A DNA stretch of 64,000 nt from Phoronis australis (taxonomy: Eukaryota; Animalia; Phoronida), in assembly GCA_002633005.1 (NCBI GenBank), contig NMRA01000005.1, positions 1,727,048-1,791,047 of the forward strand, given 5' to 3'. The notes beneath the pieces were generated by a model. The model was given only the letters and a program-made list of their open reading frames with translations. It was not told the DNA's origin and did not search any database. The stretch's first letter is position 1. Each line of letters opens with the position of its first letter. The translations under genes were made by a program, and so were the position numbers. Of this stretch, positions 56,601 to 64,000 are shown in pieces.

Positions 56601-59600
56601 ACAATTAAAATTCTTCAAATTTCTCCACAAAAGTTAAGATTAATAACATTTTGGTCTTATTACCAGCACGGTTTGTGGAGTGTAGATAAAACAACTTTCG
56701 GTAAAATTTCCATAATTTTCAGCAAGGTAGTCAGTCATTTCGGCTAATATTTTTGTGTAAAATAACTGGAGAACTACTATAAGTCATCAAACTAAATGTT
56801 CAACATCTGCTTTCAATAACTGTACAAAAAATATCCCCCTCAACTGTCAAGGTCCAGCTGGATTTAAACCTCCCATAGCAGTGAACAGAGCGATCCAATT
56901 CATTCAGCACTGTACCACAAGGGGGCACTCACAATCAAAACCTACCACTCACTAATTATCTGTAGACAAGTAAGCAATGCCATTAAATAAATTTCACTGA
57001 TAAACACAAAACAGATATTAATTGAATTGCAAATAAATCATCAGGCCAGAACATCAGTGATGTGGAGCCTTTACCTTGAAAATCGTAGAGTGAACACAAC
57101 TCCAGAGTTTTAGAGTTAATCTGAAGTAACGAGCCAGTAGTTCCAATGATGATTGTCTGCTTTTTATCTAATAAGTCAGTCATCAATGAAGTGTCTCTAA
57201 CAAGGAATGGTAAAGATGGCTCTGTCTTGGATGCAGATTTGACTAGACTCGCAGTGTAATGCAGAGCTTCGACGGCGTAGCCAGCCTCACTTTCATCTTC
57301 TTCATTGTCAGACTGTGATTGGTCAGCAGCAGGTTGACGCCAAGAAGGACGGCTACTGATGGTCACATGACCTAGCATGCAGAAGTAAGCAAATAGTAAG
57401 AGAGGCAGATGAAGTTACTGGACAAAAGTTTGGCAGATGACGTAACTAAAGCTAAAATTAAACCAAATTTTTTATTCCGTACATTGAGACCAATCACTAC
57501 CTTTATCAGGGGTACAAAGAATCCCCAAAGCAGAGTATCCTTGAATTCCCTAACAAATGTGGAAAAATTTGATCGGAGTTCTCAGAAAAATCTGAACTGT
57601 GTTAGGAAACGCAAGGGCACACGGCATTGGATTTTTCTGTACCCAGATAAAAGATCACGGTTCATCTTGAGGTTTCAGGGGCGGATCTAGGATTTTGAGT
57701 AAGAGGGGGCCAAGGCAAAGTATTAGCCAGGATTTTGCTCGTCAGACAGTCGCACCCCCATACTGCCAAATGGAATCTGGGAGAATTTTAGGGAGGGCCA
57801 TAGCCCCCTTGGCCCCCTCTAAATCCACCACTGGGTTTTATATTTTATTACAAAAATTAGTTCAGTTTGAATTTTGACTACCTTTTTCGCCAAACTTGGG
57901 TCCAGCAAATTTAACAATAAAAAAACAGTAAATCAAAATTTCCAGTAATCAAATTATTGACATTCAAACAAAACATTTGTAAAATATCTTACCTCCGTCG
58001 ATAGTTTCAAAAACTTTTTGATGGTATCATCTATCATTTTTAAAGGGAAATAAACATCTATTTGATTTTAAAAACATAACTGTAACATGAGTTGTGTGCA
58101 GAATAAGACATTTGTCAAAACCTAGGACCAATATGATGTAAAGAAGCAATGTGAAAACTAAATGTTTTTCACACTGAAAAATGGTGAGACACTGCTGCAA
58201 AAAATGAAGAATATGAAACAACTATGAAAACACCGTAAGAATTTAACAATCTGAGACAAAATCACTGCTATAATTGGCACTGTCAAGTTTTCAAAAGATT
58301 GCTACATTGTTGCAAATACTCAAAATTTTACCAGAAATGTTGTTTTGTGACAGTGTACCATGCTAACAACAAAAATTATAGTTGTTGAAAGAAATCTAAC
58401 AAAATTAAATTCACTAGACTGTCATACTATTTCATACTATTAAGAATATTTACCTAAGAAATCTCATTAATTATGCACACAGATGGTGGAAAAGTGCATT
58501 CCTTCTTTTTTGAAAATCTCAATAAAGAAAAAATATTAAGAAAATTTTACTACATTAAGATGATAAGTACTTACCACAGGCACAAAACAATAGTTGGTAA
58601 AAATATGAACATTTATCAGAAGATAGCCAGCCTTCGAAAACATAGCAAGAAAATTTTGACAATTTTTCTTAGGATTGACATAAATATTGAAGTCATTATT
58701 AAATATAAAATTAAATTATTTCTCAGATTAAAATAAATGTGTTGGCAAAGTTGTAATCCAATTACCTTGATCATAGTTACTGTCCGTGTCCTTCACTTTT
58801 TTCTTCTGAACAAGTTTAGGAATGTCCACTAGATGGAGACACTTAAATCCACCACCATCACTGAGATCATAAATTCGTACCTACACCACAAGAGAAAGAA
58901 ATTAAAGCACATGTTTGTGACCCAAAGTTATTAGATATTACAAAGGAATCCTACGTTACATGCAACACCAAAGATTTAAAAAAGCATGAGCTACAGATTA
59001 CTTTTTAGTGGGACTAAATATTGCTGTATTCTTACTCTCCATTATTTGCGAGTGTAGGTCATGTTGCGTACTACCTTCACTTAGTTCTTTGTCCCCATCA
59101 AATTCTAAATTAACAGCACACAGACTGTCACAAGACAAAGTCAGAAAGGTATTTTTCTGCTTGTAAACTGATTACTTTCATAATTCACTAAACTTACAAT
59201 TCCATCTGCTGTACCCAAAGCAAACTGCTCAGCGTCAGGACTCATACACATGCTGAGAAACGGCGAGCTGGATACAATGGTAGATTGGTAGACAAGAGTT
59301 TTGTCTTTGAGATTCCATATCTAAAAGAAAAATTTGACGAAGCTGTTGTCATTAAATTTGGGATCTGCACAGACAATAAGTCAGAACAACACCACCAAAA
59401 CTGAATGTTGTGATTTTCAATTACATAATAATTATATAATAATTATATATAATTATAATATATTTCTATACAAGCTATTCACAGAAGCATCAAACATGCA
59501 GTGGATAGCATAATGATACAGCTGCTCATAAAGGGACAGTTTTCAGTCACGCTCAACGACATTAACAGCAAATTTCGCCAGAGTTTAAAGCGGCATAATT

Positions 59601-62600
59601 GCTTTCTTTCAAAACACCAAGTTTTAATTTAATATAAATATATTCTTTATTGAAATAAATACATAAGGCTATAGGCCCAGAGTATAACATGTACAAGACA
59701 GAACATTGTCAGATGTGTTACAAACTGGATAGAAAATTGTGACACTTGACAGCATGGTGGACAAATTTTAGAACCGAGTTATTCGAAGTTCTCATGACAG
59801 ATTCAAATTTAGATGTTGTGGGAGATTTATGACAAAAGTGATCATTTAAATACCGAACCTGAAGTCAAATTACTTGGTGTAATTTCTGGCATCGGAAATA
59901 GATGGCAGTTTGTTATTTCTTCAAGCCAAGATCATAAAACTTCAGGCCTGTATACATATCCAGCTTTCAGTTCTTTCCAAACTCAGATATCACTTCAAAA
60001 CCAAGTAAGGAGCAAAAAAGACCAAGTTTATAATGGTACGAGGCCTATATCAAAACATTGGATTAATGGAGATTTAATGAGAATTAAAGCTTAACTGTTG
60101 TTTGTTTCTGAACCACAAGGAACTGATGCTGTCAGTGTATTTTGTTTCATATAATGAAAAGTTGAGTCATTCACCACGTACAAATCCTCACATAACCAGT
60201 AGAGAACGAATCTCCTAATCCTTGGGTTCATTTCCCTATGGATGAGCCCTGGTAAAAAACTTAATGACATCACACCATCAACATATAAAACATCACAGCT
60301 GCTGAACAATGCTATTGAATTCATGCCAACAATCAAACAAAGAGTTACAGCAAAATACCTCATGAAACGGCTCTGCGGTAACTCTTTACCTTAAATGTCC
60401 TGTCTTCTCCAGCTGTCACCAGAGTGGAGGTGTAGTGAGGGCAGAACTCTGCACACGTCACTCTACCATCATGTCCTTCCAGGCTGGCTTCTACCTCAAC
60501 TCTCTGAATATTAACGAAAACAATGTTTAGGTCTACACCAATGACCTATAACTGTGTTATAGCTCACTTGTCTGTACTAATGGTGGCCACTGGCATTCCT
60601 GAGACGTCCAATTTTTTTTTAACTTAAAGAAAATGTACCATTAGTTGTAATCCAGTGAACAGTGTGATGAACTGGGGCTGTAGAAAAAACATTCTTTTGG
60701 AACTTGTAAGTAAATAGTGTACGGAAGATGGCCAAAGTGAGCACTGACTGCAAGTACGATGACCCTGTACAACAAACCAAAAGGACAACAACTACGCAAG
60801 ACTATCTGTAGTAAATTCCAGTATTAGAAGCACTCAGTCTTTGGAACAGGACTGAATTTATAAAATAGTATTGAATTACAAAACACAACTAATTTTTACT
60901 TTATATATTTTTTTCACTTTCAGCAACTGCATGAATGTGCCACAAATGGCTCGGCTACATAAATATTTGATTCCTAAAGGTTTATTTTCTGTTTTTCCTC
61001 AGAACCAAGAGAGATACAAACACTGTAAAGAACCAAGTTTTTCATACTAGGACTCGTACAGCCAGAGACAGTGCATCACTTATCAACCTCATTACATAAC
61101 TCTTACCCTTATGTTCAACACAAACACTTCCTGATCTGCACACACTGCCACAAACTCGTCATCTCCACTAAATGAACAATACTGAACAGGTCCCAGATTT
61201 TGAGCAATCACTTTTCCTTTAACTTTATCACCTGCGAGATGAATGCAACAGATATCCTTTTATTAAACATATAAAAATCTTTGGTATTTCTATTGCAGTG
61301 ATGGATATTTTAACAGCTTGTAAAATATTATTAGGAAATATCATATGTCATATTTGCTGAAAAAACATGATGACGTCAAAGAAGCATAGTAAATTCTGGT
61401 CTATATTACTTAAGCAAAACCTGTGGATCTAGCATGTTCTAAATCAATGTACCTGCCTGAATACCTTACAGGTGAACTTAAGTATTACTTTAAAAAATCC
61501 AGGTTATGCCCTACATCTGATTTCCCAGCCAGCCTCATTGAATGCTTCTTACTGGTTGGGATTTGCATATTAACCAGTTACCACAATTCTTGAACTTTTT
61601 TGATTGATGCTAGTGATAACATTGCCTACAGCTGACCCAAAAAGTACATGCAGTGCCAACTATATTTTGACACAGCAGACTATAAAAATTAAAGCAATCC
61701 ATAAATGTTGAGCGTTTTCTGTCTTTGAACGACCAAAATTGGTTAAAAATAAAATAAAATCCGAGTATAAAAGAAATTCAAGCAGTACAAAAGCTGGAAC
61801 TTTGTTGCGTAGTATTAGCTAGTCTTCCTCATAGACTGGCTGATCATAGGCTGGTTGCATAACCCACCACCCAAAGAATCAGTCAATTTGAATCAGGAGA
61901 TGCTGATGATAGGAACAGCACTTCTGGAAATACAGAATAGGTGCACAATAAGACTGGCTATTACCAACACTGAAACACAAGAACTGTCAGTTCAATAAAA
62001 TATGACAAACGTTTTATCAGATCTCCCAACTGAAATCAACTGACTGAAGACAGTGACTGTAACAAGTTGCTTGCAAACCATGGGAGTATCATGATCACCT
62101 TTATCCCAGCTGACTTTGGCCTCTGCTACATTCCAAATAATGACATAATCCTCAGCAGCCGAGCACAGGAAGGTCGGCTGTTGACTGTGGCTGAATACAA
62201 GACAACACACCTTGTGTTTATGTCCTTCTAGCTCTAGCTGAGGCTGAAAAAGTGATGACACAAGTTCAAAAATAATCTGCTAGTAAAATGACGCCACAGA
62301 GGTCACCAAGAACACAGACCTGTTGACAATGCAAATATTCATGTCATTTTCTTGAAGTCCCATGCAGAATTATTAAGTTAAAATTGCTAACTTCAAAAAG
62401 CTAAAATTAATTAAATTAGCAACAAATACAGTAAATCAACCCATAAACCCCATTCAGTTCACAATGTTATCTTGAGTAATTAGGACAGCTAAGTCGTTAT
62501 ATTAAAATAACAAAACAAAAAGTTCCAACCAAAAACAAAGGTATTTATTGTTTTCAAATAAGACACTGCATGGGACTGAACTATTTATATGATAACCAGC

Positions 62601-63662
62601 AGATACATGACTTATGTATAATAATATTTCTAAAAACATCACAATATTGAAAATAGAATGCTTCAACTCTATCAGTGCATAGACTTTTCCACACAATTAA
62701 ACAATTAAAACCTAAATACATTTTTCACGTTCAAAGGCTTCTAACATTGTTGTGGACACCTAAAATGTTTAAAAACATTGTTCATTGGTAGTAATATGCA
62801 GCAAAGTTTGAATATGGAAAATCACCATTTTGTAGGGTACATTATTTATGAAAAAGTGAGAAAATAACGTTTCACCTGTCCACCATATTGACATCTAAAT
62901 TGGTGAGGTTTTGTCATGCTAATGATGACTGTCACAGCGCCCCCACATGGTGGGTAACAGTCACTTACAGTGGTTCCGCATTTTGAAAACAAGTTTCGTC
63001 TACTAATGGGCATCAAACTGGTTCTTAAAATCCAGGCAGTTGCCAACATTGGAACCTAAAGCTTTTGATAAAATTCAGGTTGCAACATGCAGCCAAGTAG
63101 AGTTTGTGAGGTCAAAATGCACTGATTCTGAAAGGTGTCCAGGCGGCTTTGTTCATCAAATCACTCAATCTCTCACTTAGCAAACAAGGTGGAGTTCCGT
63201 TAAATGTGTTGTCATCTTGGGATGAAAGTTTGCATGAGGTTGCTAATCAGACAAGATCTCATGAGAAGGCAGAAGACCACGGTTTCTGCCAATCTTCAGT
63301 ACCATCTTCCTTTTGAAGGAGACGTAATGCCTCTGAGGGGCTAGGATTTTAATTTTGTAAGTATAGTGTCCAGCACACCAGATTTAATTTGAATACGATG
63401 AACTTTCCTGGATGGATCAACAACTACATTTTATGATCAAGTGCTATAATTTTTTTAACAGTTTAAATACATCTAATACAAGTATACAAATTAGTTATCA
63501 GTAAGTAATAAAAACCTTTGAATGAGCACTGTCCACATTCCAGACTCCAATTGACGTCCTCACAAACGGCAATGCAAAGAGATCTCCATTACACGCCACT
63601 TGAATGTGTGACAAAGGAAATGGAGTTCGTATGGCCTGATGGTGGACAAATTTTGAAGCCAT
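44641..63662 (-). CDS. WDR27: WD repeat-containing protein 27, about 882 aa
   Basis: 21 phase-compatible coding exons: 63662-63516, 62243-62099, 61231-61107, 60503-60390, 59320-59198, 58880-58766, 57371-57075, 56211-56114, 55459-55314, 54182-54015, 53704-53636, 53194-53076, 52193-52104, 51661-51477, 50618-50482, 49598-49501, 49222-49101, 48174-48077, 47239-47137, 46051-45953, 44691-44641. WDR27-type blocks: AEFCPH, EDRTFK|IW, DQPLTFKSKVKSSGY, AQFYYMDKF, SAINGFYS, KLWDLRT, GIAFSPC, GSEDK, LATGTLDGK. Acceptor at 63668 implies a further upstream exon. Confidence 0.93.
44727..45697. repeat. Degenerate internally repetitive element (Crypton-like non-autonomous type) in the last WDR27 intron
   Basis: Begins AACAAGAGC, contains 3-4 diverged units around AAATTTCATGAA(G/A)AT...CAAGGAACT...GA(A/G)ATAC and ends GGGGGCACATAAAA. 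No TIR or TSD. Family label is by resemblance only. Confidence 0.4.
46423..46552. repeat. Minisatellite, 5 x 26 bp palindromic unit
   Basis: TGTTCACATGAGCACAGTGAACATGG x5 with two substitutions overall; each unit contains TGTTCAC/GTGAACA. Confidence 0.95.
47762..47830. repeat. Short tandem repeat, about 29 bp x 2.4
   Basis: CTCTGG(T/C)ATGTTGATTC...GAGGTT units. Confidence 0.7.
48459..48983. mobile_element. TIR element of unknown superfamily in a WDR27 intron
   Basis: 19-bp inverted repeat AGTAGAC(A/C)CATAAAACTAT (48459-48477 vs 48965-48983); no TSD recognised. Confidence 0.55.
49223..49500 (-). other. U12-type (minor spliceosome) GT-AG intron of WDR27
   Basis: Donor GTATCCAT; branch site TTCCTTGAC at 49242-49234, 11 nt before the end of the intron; phase 1; joins FYS-Y-IVMCAG in frame. 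Confidence 0.85.
52323..52568. mobile_element. Kolobok-type MITE
   Basis: TTAA TSD (52319-52322, 52569-52572); TIRs AGGTGCTATCAACCGGGCTT vs AGGTGCTATGAACTAGGCTT (17/20). Confidence 0.85.
54989..55189. mobile_element. Palindromic PIF/Harbinger-type MITE, copy 1
   Basis: TIRs GGGCCGCTATTCCAAG vs GGGCCAGTTCCAAG; TSD CAG at 54986-54988 and 55190-55192. Confidence 0.8.
55735..55960. mobile_element. Palindromic PIF/Harbinger-type MITE, copy 2 (ends eroded)
   Basis: Collinear with 54989-55189 (TTCCAAG, ACTTAAGTTCA, TAAGATTTGTCTCAAC.TCCAAACTTTG, TAGTCAAA...AAGACAAAAC, AGCTAAGT). Confidence 0.75.
57413..57910. mobile_element. Old Kolobok-like MITE hosting a nested younger MITE
   Basis: Inverted repeat AGTTACTGGACAAAAGTTTGGC vs ATTTGCTGGACCCAAGTTTGGC; TTAA at 57911-57914. 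A related solo end GCCAAAACTCGGGTCCAGCAACT-TTAA lies at 10867-10893. Confidence 0.6.
57676..57833. mobile_element. MITE, CAGGGGCGGATCTAG-TIR family (hAT5-like), copy 2
   Basis: TIRs CAGGGGCGGATCTAG / CTAAATCCACCACTG; 5-bp TSD GGTTT at 57671-57675 and 57834-57838. Confidence 0.88.
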
Positions 63663-64000
63663 GAACTTCTGGAACAAAAAAGAAAAAGTACATGATAAAG
63701 CAGCCATAAAAATGGAACAGAAAAGTGAAGAATGACTTTGACAATATAATAACTCAATAATTTAGTATGTTATATAAGTGCTAAATTCAGTGCAGCGAAA
63801 TTTCAGTAAGTTACTTACAGGGGAGCTCCTCATTTTGAAAATAATTTTCTTCCCTAAATAATGGGTATGAACTGGTTTTCAAAATTTAGGACCCCTGTTA
63901 GTGACAGTTGCCAAAATTTAAACTATGTAATCCTCTAAATCAATAGGTAACAGAGAATCCATTTAGCGGTGGAAATAAACATTAGAAACACAGACCCTTT

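Noticed and set aside
61900-61940. CTGATGA...GAAA hammerhead-like spacing
   Set aside because: Stem II is wobble-rich, and stems I and III cannot be formed.

Overview
AT-rich eukaryotic (animal) genomic DNA, probably a marine invertebrate judging by gene content and the hAT/Kolobok/Harbinger-type MITEs; the species cannot be determined. I spliced five protein-coding genes by hand: FAM89 (+, 2 exons), CCDC85 (-, 6 coding exons), an intronless DEGS-type sphingolipid delta-4 desaturase (+), an ependymin-related protein missed by the ORF track (+, 6 exons) and WDR27 (-, 21 coding exons). There is also one tRNA-Asn(GTT). Intergenic and intronic space holds many non-autonomous DNA transposons with visible TIRs and TSDs, including several families with 5-bp TSDs, plus LINE/SINE remnants and a palindromic minisatellite. 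The most notable signals are a hammerhead-ribozyme core capping a long inverted repeat (33716-33899), a U12-type intron in WDR27, an orphan double-CArG/DR1 regulatory cluster, head-on poly(A) signals of EPDR and WDR27, and a partial HDV-like ribozyme motif. No CRISPR array or prokaryotic system is present. Most short ORFs in the track are noise or antisense shadows of exons.
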